Made by a program: the position numbers and the translations under genes. The notes beneath the pieces are model-generated. The model saw only the letters and a list, made by a program, of their open reading frames with translations, did not search any database and was not told where the DNA came from. DNA of 55,658 bases from Clostridia bacterium (GTDB lineage: Bacteria; Bacillota; Clostridia; UBA1212; UBA1255): positions 1-55,658 of the forward strand of contig JAGADO010000031.1 in NCBI GenBank assembly GCA_017613535.1. Direction: 5' to 3'. This document shows positions 9,041 to 18,776 of this stretch, in pieces. The number at the start of each line of letters is the position of its first letter. The first letter of the stretch is position 1.

Positions 9041-9070
9041 ATTGTAACATGGCGGAGCCCGAAAAGGCAA
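9041..9070 (-). promoter_or_regulatory. Candidate promoter for ybjQ and possibly the downstream ABC module
   Basis: Minus strand: TTGCCT, 18 nt, TACAAT, with a TGT extended -10 context. Confidence 0.35.
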
Positions 9071-9330
9071 CCGGTTTCCGAAGGAGGCTCTTTTCCTGAT
9101 TCTTCGAGGAATTTATCCGTTCACCCGCCCTGTCGCTGCTCACGTCATAGCAAACCGGCGATTCCCGGGCATTTGCTATGACTGGAAAAAGATCGTGGCG
9201 CTGCCGAAACAGGAAATGAGCCCCGAAGGTAAAAAGCCACCCCTAAACCGTCATTGACAGCCCTCAGCAGCGTCATATAAAATAAAAGAAAAACAAGCAG
9301 AGAATATATTGACGAAAGTCGGTTTGGCAA

Positions 9331-10194
9331 ATGAAAACAGCAAAAATAACACGATTAACTACCATTGGTCTCGCAGCATGCCTCTTTGCATGCTTATTCT
9401 GCATAAGCGGCTGCGGCTCCGGCGGAAAGGAAGCAGAAATGCCTTATAACATCCACCTCCTTAAAAGCGATAAGGAATATACGGCCGTCGGAACGAGGCT
9501 GTTCGATTTCAGGTCGGACGATCCGGACCACTACGTCATCCAGGGAGCATACTTCGACGGGAAAAACTATTACGTTGCCTCAGTCGCACGCCCCGAAGGC
9601 TCGCCGGAAATGACAAGGATACTGAAAATCAGCGCGAAAGGCAAAAAGATAAGCGAGAGCGAGCCGCTCGCCGTTGACCACGCGAACAATATCTCATACG
9701 TCCCGGGAAAAGGCCTCTTCATAACACATTGCCAGTCCGACGACGGACACTACTTCCGCTACTCTTTTGTTGACCCGAAAAACTATAAAATAACCGGCTC
9801 GGGCGACCTCGAATATCCGTTTTTCGCGATGGCGTACGCCAAGGACGTTGGAAAATACGCTTCCGGAGAATGGGCAGGCCAGTCTATCGATGTGTGGGGC
9901 AAGGATCTTAAATGTCTCGTTCATAAGGATGTTGAAACTCCGGTGACGCTTTCACAGGGCGTTTTTGCCGATGCTCAGGGCATTTATTTCGTCAGATCGA
10001 GCCAGAACGGCGCCGGGTCGGAGATCCGCATTTACAGCTGGGACTGCGAACTGGTCCGCACAATACCGCTTGAGCTCGAGGGCAATATCGAACCCGAAAA
10101 CATCAATATCGTCGGCGGCAAGGTCTACGTCATCGGCAATGACTGGGGTTCCCGCGTCGGTGCGGCGTTTATTATAGAATTTCACGAAGTTTGA
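9331..10194 (+). CDS. Hypothetical lipoprotein
   Basis: 287 aa. Signal peptide with lipobox ISGC (LFACLFCISGCGSGG). No recognisable catalytic motif. Confidence 0.6.
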   Translation: MKTAKITRLTTIGLAACLFACLFCISGCGSGGKEAEMPYNIHLLKSDKEYTAVGTRLFDFRSDDPDHYVIQGAYFDGKNYYVASVARPEGSPEMTRILKISAKGKKISESEPLAVDHANNISYVPGKGLFITHCQSDDGHYFRYSFVDPKNYKITGSGDLEYPFFAMAYAKDVGKYASGEWAGQSIDVWGKDLKCLVHKDVETPVTLSQGVFADAQGIYFVRSSQNGAGSEIRIYSWDCELVRTIPLELEGNIEPENINIVGGKVYVIGNDWGSRVGAAFIIEFHEV

Positions 10195-10491
10195 GGCTCT
10201 TTTTACGGCAGAAAAAGTCGTTTCCGCCTTTTCATCCGTAAAGTCGGAAGAGGTGCACTTCTCAAAAGCAAAAATGCGCGATTTTTGTGCCTGCTGTATC
10301 CCAAATTAGCGATATGAGAAAAAGGGATACATCCGGCGCCTAATGATGTATCCTGAATCTTGAAATCGGCAAAAAAAGATACAGTACGCTAAAGGATGGG
10401 TATAGATACATTGACCGGGAAAAATATGCCCGGGGCGGCTTCCGTATTATTCACGGAATCAGGAAAAGAGCCCGCCGAAGTCGACTGACGC

Positions 10492-10521
10492 TTGCATAAC
10501 AAGGGCGCAATATTATATAAT
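10492..10521 (+). promoter_or_regulatory. Candidate promoter of the paaK/ACT operon
   Basis: TTGCAT (10492..10497), 18 nt, TATAAT (10516..10521), about 90 nt upstream of the ATG at 10613. Confidence 0.4.
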
Positions 10522-10612
10522 TCGCCTTAAGCGGACGCTGACACTAAAGGCCGGAAACTAGCTGTACACCGAAGAGCCTGAAGCATCCGTAACCGCGCGA
10601 AGGAGAGGTAGC

Positions 10613-11914
10613 ATGGAAAGGTATTATCAGCCTGAGATCGAATGTGCGCCGCGCGAAGAGATCGTGCGTATGCAGAATGAAAAACTTGTAAAACAGATAA
10701 GACGCGTGTGGGACGTTGTGCCTTACTACCGCAAAAAAATGCAGGACGCCGGAGTGACGCCGGACGACATCAAAACAATTGACGACATCAAAAAACTACC
10801 GTTTTTATCCAAATCCGACCTCAGGGACGCTTATCCGTACGGGCTGCTGGGCAAGCCTCTCAAGGAATGCGTGAGGATCCAGTCTACGTCTGGCACGACC
10901 GGAAAGCGAGTCGTAGCGTTCTATACGCAGCACGACATTGACCTATGGGAAGAATGCTGCGCACGTGCGATCGTTGCCGCCGGCGGAACAGATGAAGACG
11001 TGTGCCAGATATCTTACGGATACGGATTGTTCACAGGCGGGCCCGGGCTCAACGGCGGCTCGCATAAAGTTGGCTGTCTAACCGTCCCCACCAGTTCGGG
11101 AAATACAGAACGCCAGATCATGTTTATTATGGACCTTCAGGCCACGATCCTTTGCTGCACTCCGAGCTACGCCGCGTACCTTGGAGAAACGATGAAGGAG
11201 ATGGGTTACGGGCCCGATGACATACCGCTTAAAGCAGGCATTTTCGGCGCCGAAGCATGGAGCGAAGAGATGCGCCGCGATATCGAAAAAACGCTCGGTA
11301 TTAAGGCATACGACATTTACGGACTCACGGAAATATCCGGTCCGGGCGTGTCGTTCGAATGTTCCGAACAGCACGGCATGCATATAAACGAAGACCATTT
11401 CTACGCCGAAATAATCGATCCCGATACGGGCGAAGTGCTTCCTGAGGGCAGCAGCGGCGAACTCGTTTTCACCTGCCTTGATAAAGAGGCGTTCCCCATG
11501 ATACGTTACCGCACACGCGACATATGCGTGCTCACGCGCGAAAAATGCAGCTGCGGCAGGACGCACGTACGTATGCGCAAACCGCAGGGACGTTCCGACG
11601 ACATGCTCATCATCCGCGGCGTGAACGTATTCCCCAGCCAGATCGAGACCGTACTCCTCAACCAGGGCTACGCTCCGAACTACCAGATCGTCGTTGACCG
11701 CGTGAACAATTCCGACACGCTCGAGGTGCTTGTGGAAATGACGCCCGAGATGTTCACGGACAACCTCGGCGAGATCGCCGAGCGTCAGGCGAAGCTCGGT
11801 GCTGGACTCCTGTCAATGCTTGGAATCAAAGCTAAAGTTTCGCTCGTTGCTCCTAAATCGATCACCAGGAGCGAGGGCAAGGCCGTCAGGGTCATCGATA
11901 AGCGCAAGATCTGA
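10613..11914 (+). CDS. paaK: Phenylacetate--CoA ligase family protein (aryl-acetate CoA ligase)
   Basis: 433 aa. N-terminus YYQPEIECAPREEI...LVKQIRRVWDVVPYYRKKM, AMP-binding motif STSGTTGKRVV. Length typical of PaaK. AAGGAGAGG RBS. Confidence 0.88.
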   Translation: MERYYQPEIECAPREEIVRMQNEKLVKQIRRVWDVVPYYRKKMQDAGVTPDDIKTIDDIKKLPFLSKSDLRDAYPYGLLGKPLKECVRIQSTSGTTGKRVVAFYTQHDIDLWEECCARAIVAAGGTDEDVCQISYGYGLFTGGPGLNGGSHKVGCLTVPTSSGNTERQIMFIMDLQATILCCTPSYAAYLGETMKEMGYGPDDIPLKAGIFGAEAWSEEMRRDIEKTLGIKAYDIYGLTEISGPGVSFECSEQHGMHINEDHFYAEIIDPDTGEVLPEGSSGELVFTCLDKEAFPMIRYRTRDICVLTREKCSCGRTHVRMRKPQGRSDDMLIIRGVNVFPSQIETVLLNQGYAPNYQIVVDRVNNSDTLEVLVEMTPEMFTDNLGEIAERQAKLGAGLLSMLGIKAKVSLVAPKSITRSEGKAVRVIDKRKI

Positions 11915-11943
11915 CCCGCAAGAACCGAAAAGGAGGTCTGACA

Positions 11944-12369
11944 ATGAGTGTTAAACAAATTTCCGTTTTTTTGGAGAATAAACCGGGTATGCTGAACCAG
12001 CTGACCGCCGAACTGGCAAAGTCCGACATCAACATGCGTGCCCTGTCGCTCGCCGAGACGAAAGACTTCGGGATCGCGAGAATAATTGCCGACGACACGC
12101 TCAAAGCGATGAACGCCCTGAAAGACGCGGGTTTCGTTGCCAGCCTTACGCCGGTGCTCGCGTTCGAGATCCCGAACGAAGCCGGCGGGTTAAACAAGCT
12201 GCTGCAGATTTTGACCGACGCGAATGTTAACGTGGAATATATGTATTCCTGCCTCTCCCTGCGCGGAAATTCCAGCGCGGTGATGATCTTCCGCGTGGCC
12301 AATACCCAGGCTTCGGAATCTGCGCTCGAGGCGAGGGGGCTGTTCTCGCTTACGCAGGACGAGATCTGA
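11944..12369 (+). CDS. ACT domain-containing protein (commonly paired with PaaK-like ligases in anaerobes)
   Basis: 141 aa. QISVFLENKPGMLNQLTAELAKSDINMRALSLAET is a typical ACT beta-alpha-beta start. AAGGAGG RBS. Confidence 0.8.
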   Translation: MSVKQISVFLENKPGMLNQLTAELAKSDINMRALSLAETKDFGIARIIADDTLKAMNALKDAGFVASLTPVLAFEIPNEAGGLNKLLQILTDANVNVEYMYSCLSLRGNSSAVMIFRVANTQASESALEARGLFSLTQDEI

Positions 12370-12937
12370 AGGCAAAATAGCTTCGCGTCTCGCCGCATAT
12401 TTCGATCACATATCCCCTGCCGGGCGCACACTGCCACTCGTAGCGGTTTTTGTTCTCTGCAGGGAACAGATATGCCATTATAGCGCTTATAACGCCGCCG
12501 TGGGTGACGATCGCCGTGTCCCGCCCTTCCGCAAGCAGCTCATCCAGCGCATCCAGCACGCGCTTCGTCATTATTACGCCGCTCTCGCCGGAAGGGACCG
12601 GATTAGATTCATTGTCGCCTGTGATCCATTCCATATATTCCGGCCATTCTTTCAGTTCGTCGTACGAATGCATCTCGAAAATGCCGAAATCCATCTCGGC
12701 CAGCCGAACGTCGCACGCGTGGTCAATATCCCCGTAAATTATTGACAGCGTCTCTTCGCAGCGCTTCTTTCCGCTCGTGAGCACACGCATGCCGTCAATA
12801 TCCGGGTAATTGACCTCGCCTTTCTGCCTGATCAACTGTGCTCTGCCCGCCTCCGACAGACCCAGATCCGTACTCCCGCAATATAACCGTTTTTCGTTTG
12901 CCAGCGTCATCCCGTGGCGGATCAGTATAAGTTTCAT
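12350..12937 (-). CDS. cobC: Alpha-ribazole phosphatase / histidine phosphatase family
   Basis: Start moved to MKLILIRHGMTLANEKRLYCG (RHG motif). This ATG forms an ATGA overlap with the upstream stop at 12934. Last gene of the cobalamin operon. Confidence 0.75.
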   Translation of the reverse strand: MKLILIRHGMTLANEKRLYCGSTDLGLSEAGRAQLIRQKGEVNYPDIDGMRVLTSGKKRCEETLSIIYGDIDHACDVRLAEMDFGIFEMHSYDELKEWPEYMEWITGDNESNPVPSGESGVIMTKRVLDALDELLAEGRDTAIVTHGGVISAIMAYLFPAENKNRYEWQCAPGRGYVIEICGETRSYFAFRSRPA

Positions 12938-13311
12938 TTTATACGCTGCTCCAATCCGCAGAAGATCCTGGTGACCGTACGGGCTTCGGACGAGAGATAT
13001 CCGCAAAGTCTCCCCGTCATCTCACGCCACGCACGCATATCGGCGCCGAGCGGCACGATCCCGCAGAAAATATCATCGCAGATCAGCACGCTGTCTTTCC
13101 ATTCGGCGCGATGCTCCCTGAATATTTCCACGGCGTCCTTACCGTTCCTTATGCACCAAAGCGTAAATTCCGCTATTTTATTAACACATTTTGCTCCGAA
13201 GCGGATGCCTTCCGCCTCTGTACACGTAAAAACATCATCTTCGCTCAATCCGTACTTCCGGATCGCGAAATCTTTTTTCCCCTGATATGCTCCTCCGATG
13301 ATAAACTCCAT
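12934..13311 (-). CDS. Short CobU-like protein (125 aa) with a degenerate P-loop
   Basis: GGAYQGKK at the N-terminus. The C-terminus VLICDDIFCGIVPLGADMRAWREMTGRLCGYLS resembles the CobU C-terminal region. GGAGG RBS. Confidence 0.55.
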   Translation of the reverse strand: MEFIIGGAYQGKKDFAIRKYGLSEDDVFTCTEAEGIRFGAKCVNKIAEFTLWCIRNGKDAVEIFREHRAEWKDSVLICDDIFCGIVPLGADMRAWREMTGRLCGYLSSEARTVTRIFCGLEQRIK

Positions 13312-13333
13312 ACAGATACCTCCGTTACCTCCG

Positions 13334-14089
13334 TCAGATCAGCGCGTACACAGCGATACCGCACAGTTCCCCGAACGTGAGCGCGTAACCCGAAATGTCG
13401 CCCGACATCCCGTCCAGCGAACGGAAACCGCGTATCAGCGCCAGCAGATAACCGGCGATCACCGCCAAAGCCGCAAAACCGTACCAGCCCAGGAACACGA
13501 ATCCGAGTGCAATTGCGGCAGCGAGAACGATGCTCAATACCACCACGTGCGATTTTTTAACGCCCTTTCTGTATGCGCCGGAATATTCGCTCGTCGAAAG
13601 AGGGCGAAGCACCGTGACGCAGATCGCGGCGGTGCATCTGGAGACCACAGCGATCAACGTGAGCGTGAAATAATATTTCCACTCCGCGGGAGCAGCCGTT
13701 GATAACAACGCAAACTGCGCCAGAATGAGCAGGATCGCCGCCACGACCGCGAACGAACCCACGTGCGGATCTTTGAGTATCTTTCTTCTTTCTTCCAGGT
13801 CGCGCCACGATCTTACGGCGTCAACGACGTCGAGGAAGCCGTCGATATGTATCCCGCCGGTGATAACGAACGGGAACGCGCACAGTATGAATCCGGCGAC
13901 GAGCGCCGGGATCGAGAGCCAGCGGGCAATGAACGCCATGAGCGTCCACAGGCCTCCTATCCACAATCCGACCGCAGGCAGGAACAGCGTCATCAGAGGC
14001 CTGGCATCCTCGTCCCACTTGCGAAACGGGCAAGGGATCGCGCAGAACATCGACATACTCATCATCAAAGCACGGAAGTATTTTTTCAA
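13334..14089 (-). CDS. cobS: Adenosylcobinamide-GDP ribazoletransferase (cobalamin synthase)
   Basis: Polytopic membrane protein, KKYFRALMMSMSMFCAIPCP...GGIHIDGFLD. Start set to the TTG at 14089 (AGGAGG 9 nt upstream, TTGA overlap with the cobU stop) instead of the GTG at 14131 in the track. Confidence 0.8.
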   Translation of the reverse strand: MKKYFRALMMSMSMFCAIPCPFRKWDEDARPLMTLFLPAVGLWIGGLWTLMAFIARWLSIPALVAGFILCAFPFVITGGIHIDGFLDVVDAVRSWRDLEERRKILKDPHVGSFAVVAAILLILAQFALLSTAAPAEWKYYFTLTLIAVVSRCTAAICVTVLRPLSTSEYSGAYRKGVKKSHVVVLSIVLAAAIALGFVFLGWYGFAALAVIAGYLLALIRGFRSLDGMSGDISGYALTFGELCGIAVYALI

Positions 14090-14628
14090 AGGGCGATGCC
14101 TCCTTTGTGAAAGATCAGGTTCCCCGCACACATTTCAATTACCGTGTCGCAGACTTCGGCCAGCGCACGGTCCAGGAGCGCGAGCGTTTCGCGGTATTGT
14201 TCGGTGAGAGCGTCGTAGCGTATCGCGTCGGAATAGATATAGTCCGTCACAAAAACCGCGTTGTCCGCGCATCGGGCCAGTTTCAAAAGTCCGTCGCGGC
14301 ACCTTACGAACGCTCCCGGATCGGCATTCCCGTTCTGACTTGACGAAAACATCTCGTTCGCGAGCAGCGCGGTCACGCTGTCGAGCAGGAACGTGCCATT
14401 GCGCCATCCGTCCAGGCAACGGGCGATATCCGTGCCTATCTCGAGCGTGTCAAAACCGAGCCCGGCGCGTTCGGCAATATGCCTCCCGATGCGCGCGCGA
14501 TCCTCGTCGTCGTACGGGATCATTGTCGCCACGTAGTAGCGCTTCCCGTCTCCGGATAATTTGACGGCAATATCCTGCGCGAGCCCTGTTTTACCGTTTT
14601 TTGAGCCGCCGGATATCAAAACAGTCAT
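14086..14628 (-). CDS. cobU: Adenosylcobinamide kinase / adenosylcobinamide-phosphate guanylyltransferase
   Basis: 180 aa. P-loop ISGGSKNGKTG. Family-typical length and operon position. Confidence 0.85.
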   Translation of the reverse strand: MTVLISGGSKNGKTGLAQDIAVKLSGDGKRYYVATMIPYDDEDRARIGRHIAERAGLGFDTLEIGTDIARCLDGWRNGTFLLDSVTALLANEMFSSSQNGNADPGAFVRCRDGLLKLARCADNAVFVTDYIYSDAIRYDALTEQYRETLALLDRALAEVCDTVIEMCAGNLIFHKGGIAL

Positions 14629-15770
14629 TTTATTGTCCTTTCGTCATCCCGGTCCGCCCTGACCGTAAACGCGTCGGTCTCGCGTATCCCGTCAAGGTAC
14701 GAGTCGTTGATGTTCGCTTCCTCAAACGTCGCCATATCGTTGATCACGGCCGCGGCCGCGTCGATCATCATCATTGACCGCGGGCAGCCGCTTCCCTCGC
14801 CGAGCCGCATCCCGAAATCGAAAAACGGCTTTAATCCGAGCTCATCTGTGATTTTTGAAAAACCGATCTCGTACGACGCGTGTGAAGGCACCAGGAAATG
14901 GCGCACGTTCGGGCAGAGGCGCACACTGCACAGCGCGGCGACGGCCGAGATGAACCCGTCGATGACTGCCGGAACGCGAGCCGCAGCTGCCCCGATAAAC
15001 GCACCGGTCATCGCTGCAAGATCGAACCCTCCGACTTTCGCCAGCACGTCCACAATATCCTCCGGATCGGGCCGGTTAACGTCAATCGCTCTTTTTATAA
15101 CAGATATCTTCTTCGCATACGCTTCGTCGGTAAGTCCTCCGCCTCTTCCGGTCACGTCTTCGACAGGAGACGAGGTCAATACCGCCAGCACCGCCGATGA
15201 CGTCGTAGTGTTGCCTATACCCATTTCCCCCACGCCGATGACCGCCGCACCCGCATCTGCCGAGCTCCCGGCAAGTTCCGCGCCGATGAGGAGCGCGCGT
15301 ACGGCCTGCAGGCGTGTCATCGCGGCAGTTTCGGCTATGTTTTGTGTCCCGTACGCTATTTTACGCGGGATCACGCCCGGGTCGTCGATATCCGCATTGA
15401 CACCCACGTCGCACACGCGGAGCTTACACCCGAAGCGTCTCGCCAGCACCGCGGCGCCGGTCTTCCCCCGGGCCAGATTCACCGTCTGAGCAAGCGTCAC
15501 GGACTGCGGCGCGCTCGACACGCCCTCCGAGACCACGCCGTTGTCGGCGCAGAACACAATTATATGCTTCTCATTAAAAACGTTATTGACCCTGCCCGTT
15601 ATGCCAGCGAGCCTGACCGACAGTTCCTCGAGCCGTCCGAGGCTCCCCGGAGGTTTTGCAAGCATCGCCTGGCGCTTTTTTGCAGCATCCATCGCAGCGC
15701 GGTCAGGCTCTCCGACACGCTTTATCAGCTCGGAAAGGGCTGTTTCCTGACGATCCGTTTCGTTAATCAT
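14625..15770 (-). CDS. cobT: Nicotinate-nucleotide--dimethylbenzimidazole phosphoribosyltransferase
   Basis: 381 aa. KPPGSLGRLEEL and GEMGIGNTT motifs. Confidence 0.9.
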   Translation of the reverse strand: MINETDRQETALSELIKRVGEPDRAAMDAAKKRQAMLAKPPGSLGRLEELSVRLAGITGRVNNVFNEKHIIVFCADNGVVSEGVSSAPQSVTLAQTVNLARGKTGAAVLARRFGCKLRVCDVGVNADIDDPGVIPRKIAYGTQNIAETAAMTRLQAVRALLIGAELAGSSADAGAAVIGVGEMGIGNTTTSSAVLAVLTSSPVEDVTGRGGGLTDEAYAKKISVIKRAIDVNRPDPEDIVDVLAKVGGFDLAAMTGAFIGAAAARVPAVIDGFISAVAALCSVRLCPNVRHFLVPSHASYEIGFSKITDELGLKPFFDFGMRLGEGSGCPRSMMMIDAAAAVINDMATFEEANINDSYLDGIRETDAFTVRADRDDERTIK

Positions 15771-16280
15771 TCAGAACTCGATCCCCTTCCTTGCCGTTTC
15801 GCCGCTGTCGTACGGGTGCTTCTCTTTGCGCATCTCGGTCGCGTAATCGGCCAGGTCAATGAGTTCCCGCGTCGGTCCGCGCCCCGTCAATACGATCTCG
15901 CGCTTATTCCCTTCTTTTTTCAGGAATCCGATAAGGTCCGAACTCTCCACCAGCCCGTACCCGTACGCGGAAACGATCTCGTCCAGCACGATAAGGTCGT
16001 AATCCGCCGCCAGTTCGGTGATGCTCCTGAGAAAATCGGTGTAGCACGAGCCGGTCTCCTGCTTCTGAACATCCGTCATCATTTTAAAGCGGCCGAAATA
16101 CACCGGAGGATACTTTACGGTCACGTTCGTGAGTGACGAGAGCACAACGATCTCCGATGAGCTGCCGTCTTTAAAAAACTGTGTGAACAGGACACGCATG
16201 CCGCTTCCGGCCGCACGTACGGCAAGGCCGCACGCCGCTGTCGTTTTGCCTTTTCCGTCTCCGTAATACAGATGTATCAT
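15771..16280 (-). CDS. cobO: Cob(I)yrinic acid a,c-diamide adenosyltransferase
   Basis: 169 aa. [24 protein letters not shown]-loop, typical of CobO/BtuR. Confidence 0.85.
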   Translation of the reverse strand: MIHLYYGDGKGKTTAACGLAVRAAGSGMRVLFTQFFKDGSSSEIVVLSSLTNVTVKYPPVYFGRFKMMTDVQKQETGSCYTDFLRSITELAADYDLIVLDEIVSAYGYGLVESSDLIGFLKKEGNKREIVLTGRGPTRELIDLADYATEMRKEKHPYDSGETARKGIEF

Positions 16281-17746
16281 AGTCCTTCCTCCAGTATCCT
16301 GTAAATGAGCCGCATATCGAGCGCGTTTCTGACCGTTTCGGCCAGTTTATCGTACTGTGCCTCGCGGTACGCGTGCACATCAAAAACGGCGTTCCGGTCA
16401 AAGCTCAGGCCACGTTTTTCGTATAGCGCGCGGACAATACATTCCGCGATCCCGTTTTCGTCGAACAGGCCGTGGATATAGCTGCCGTAGATATTGCCCT
16501 GCTGCATGACCGGCTTCTCTTCGGCGCTTCTTCCCATGTGTATCTCGTACCCGCGGTACCTAAGCCCGCTGAGCCCCTCGAAGATGCCCGAAACACCGGA
16601 GAAATTGCCCTCCGTCTGGGCGCGCGTCTTGGCCTTCGCGAAAACCGTCTCGGTGTCGATGAGCCCCATGCCCGCGATCTCGCCTCCGCCCTCGGTATTG
16701 TCCGGGTCGGAGATCTTCCTGCCGAGCATCTGGAGCCCGCCGCAGATTCCGAACACCGGCACCCCGCGCGACGCCTGCTTAAGGATCTCCGCCTCCAGCC
16801 CGTTCTGACGCATCCATTTAAGGTCGCCGATCGTCGATTTCGTGCCCGGGATCATTATAAGGTCAGGCGAGCCGAGTTCGAACAGATTTTTCACGTAGCG
16901 GAGCGACACGCCCGAGAAGCGCGAAAAAGGCGAAAAATCGGTGAAATTCGATATGCGCGGGAGTGAAATTACGGCAATATCCACTTCTTTCCTTGTCCCG
17001 GCGGTCAATCTTTCGCTTAAGCTGTCTTCGTCGTCGATGTCTACCGTCACGTACGGCACGACGCCCGCGCACGGTATTTTTACGAGATCGAACAGCATGT
17101 CGAGCCCGGGGGTCAATATCGATACGTCGCCGCGGAATTTATTGATGACCGTCGCTTTTACCATGCTTCGTTCATCGTCGTCAAGCAGAGCTACCGTGCC
17201 GTACAACTGTGCGAACACTCCGCCGCGGTCAATATCTCCCACGAGCAGCACCGGTGCCTTCGCCATTTTGGCCATACCCATATTAACGATATCGTCGCTT
17301 TTGAGGTTGATCTCCGCGGGGCTGCCGGCGCCTTCGATGACGATGATGTCATTGGCCGCCGCGAGCGTATCGTACGCGCGCATAATGTCCGGTATCAGCT
17401 GTTTTTTGTATTTAAAATAATCGGCAGCGCGCATATTGCCGCGCACTTCGCCGTTGACAATGACCTGCGACCCTACGTCTGTCGTTGGTTTCAGCAGTAT
17501 CGGGTTCATCAGCACGGACGGCGTGATGCCTGCCGCTTCCGCCTGTACGACCTGCGCGCGGCCCATCTCGAGCCCTTCTTCGGTGATGAACGAATTAAGT
17601 GCCATATTCTGTGATTTGAACGGCGCGACTCGGTATCCGTCCTGCCTGAAAATGCGGCATAGCGCGGCGCAAAGCAGGCTTTTTCCTGCGTTTGACATCG
17701 TGCCCTGTATCATTATTGGCTTTGCTTTCAGCCCTGCCGGACTCAT
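16277..17746 (-). CDS. cobQ: Cobyric acid synthase
   Basis: 489 aa. [14 protein letters not shown]-terminus and a C-terminal glutamine amidotransferase domain ([10 protein letters not shown]). Confidence 0.9.
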   Translation of the reverse strand: MSPAGLKAKPIMIQGTMSNAGKSLLCAALCRIFRQDGYRVAPFKSQNMALNSFITEEGLEMGRAQVVQAEAAGITPSVLMNPILLKPTTDVGSQVIVNGEVRGNMRAADYFKYKKQLIPDIMRAYDTLAAANDIIVIEGAGSPAEINLKSDDIVNMGMAKMAKAPVLLVGDIDRGGVFAQLYGTVALLDDDERSMVKATVINKFRGDVSILTPGLDMLFDLVKIPCAGVVPYVTVDIDDEDSLSERLTAGTRKEVDIAVISLPRISNFTDFSPFSRFSGVSLRYVKNLFELGSPDLIMIPGTKSTIGDLKWMRQNGLEAEILKQASRGVPVFGICGGLQMLGRKISDPDNTEGGGEIAGMGLIDTETVFAKAKTRAQTEGNFSGVSGIFEGLSGLRYRGYEIHMGRSAEEKPVMQQGNIYGSYIHGLFDENGIAECIVRALYEKRGLSFDRNAVFDVHAYREAQYDKLAETVRNALDMRLIYRILEEGL

Positions 17747-17789
17747 ACGATCACCTCTCCCGCCATTGCCTCCGTCGCCGCTGAGACCA

Positions 17790-18776
17790 TCACATGCACG
17801 CCCACAGCGTCAAGATCGCGGCCGCCCTCAGCAGAAGCCCGATCAGCAGCATGAACAGTGACGCGACGTACATCAAATTATTCGCACGCCTGATATCCCG
17901 CGGTTCGATCTCGCGTATCGGATCACCGATAAACTCTTTTTTGTGCAGCACTCCTCCGTATATCGCATCCCCGGCGAGTCTGACTTCGAGCGCCCCCGCA
18001 CACACCGACTCGGTCTGCGCCGAATTCGGGCTGGCGTGCTTATACCTGTCGCGGCGGAAAATGCGCCACGCGTTTTTGCGGTTCAGCCTGCATAGCGGGC
18101 ACGCCGATATCATAAGTATAGCAGATATACGCGCGGGAAGCCAGTTCACGAAATCGTCGGTCTTTGCCGCCGCGCGGCCGAAATACAGATATTTATCGTT
18201 TTTGTAGCCGAGCATCGAATCCATCGTGTTGACCGACTTGTAGAAAAAGCCCCCGACCGCGCCGAACAGGATCATCCAGAACAACGGTGCGACCACTCCG
18301 TCTGACGTGTTCTCGGCCACTGTTTCGACAGCAGCGCGGCAGATGCCATTCTCGTCGAGCACGTTCGTATCCCTGCCCACGATGTACGAGACCGCGGTCC
18401 TTGCCCCCTCCGTATCGTTCTGTTCGAGCGCACGCTGCACTTTCGTACTCTCGCGCATAAGCTGCCTGGCGGCGATCATTTGCCAGCACATTATCGATTC
18501 GATGACAACGTACACAGCCTGATGTAAGAGCCACGCCGCGGTGAGCACCAGCGCCGGAACGGTCGTCGAGATCAGCACGACCAATATCACGGTCAATATG
18601 CCTCTCCCCACGTCATTCGGGTTACTGTTTCCGCGCCTGAGCTTTCGGTCGAAGAAAGAGATCCATTTACCGATCCCCACGACCGGATGGGGCAGTTTGT
18701 GCGGGTCTCCCACGAAAAAGTCGATTATGAAGCCGATAGCGAGCGCGGCTGTTTGTAAGATCAGCCATTTAAGCAT
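17790..18776 (-). CDS. cbiB: Adenosylcobinamide-phosphate synthase
   Basis: 328 aa membrane protein. [17 protein letters not shown] motif. Confidence 0.88.
   Translation of the reverse strand: MLKWLILQTAALAIGFIIDFFVGDPHKLPHPVVGIGKWISFFDRKLRRGNSNPNDVGRGILTVILVVLISTTVPALVLTAAWLLHQAVYVVIESIMCWQMIAARQLMRESTKVQRALEQNDTEGARTAVSYIVGRDTNVLDENGICRAAVETVAENTSDGVVAPLFWMILFGAVGGFFYKSVNTMDSMLGYKNDKYLYFGRAAAKTDDFVNWLPARISAILMISACPLCRLNRKNAWRIFRRDRYKHASPNSAQTESVCAGALEVRLAGDAIYGGVLHKKEFIGDPIREIEPRDIRRANNLMYVASLFMLLIGLLLRAAAILTLWACM

Noticed and set aside
9145-9330. 61-aa minus-strand ORF between ybjQ and the lipoprotein gene
   Set aside because: It has no RBS and overlaps the candidate promoter of the lipoprotein gene. 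The 9-bp inverted repeat CATAGCAAA...TTTGCTATG (9146..9180) is a more likely functional element, but it is too weakly supported to call.
10195-10612. Possible T-box or riboswitch leader upstream of paaK
   Set aside because: I could not find a specifier/T-box motif or any conserved riboswitch core. The likely transcription start from the 10492..10521 promoter leaves only a leader of about 85 nt.
14707-15489. 260-aa plus-strand ORF. Similar long antisense ORFs are 1613..2341, 4550..5311, 39918..40619 and 53190..54020.
   Set aside because: Each lies opposite a CDS with clear family signatures (CobT, the GH99-like protein, the ABC exporter, GH127, the FAD oxidoreductase). None has a plausible RBS or motif.
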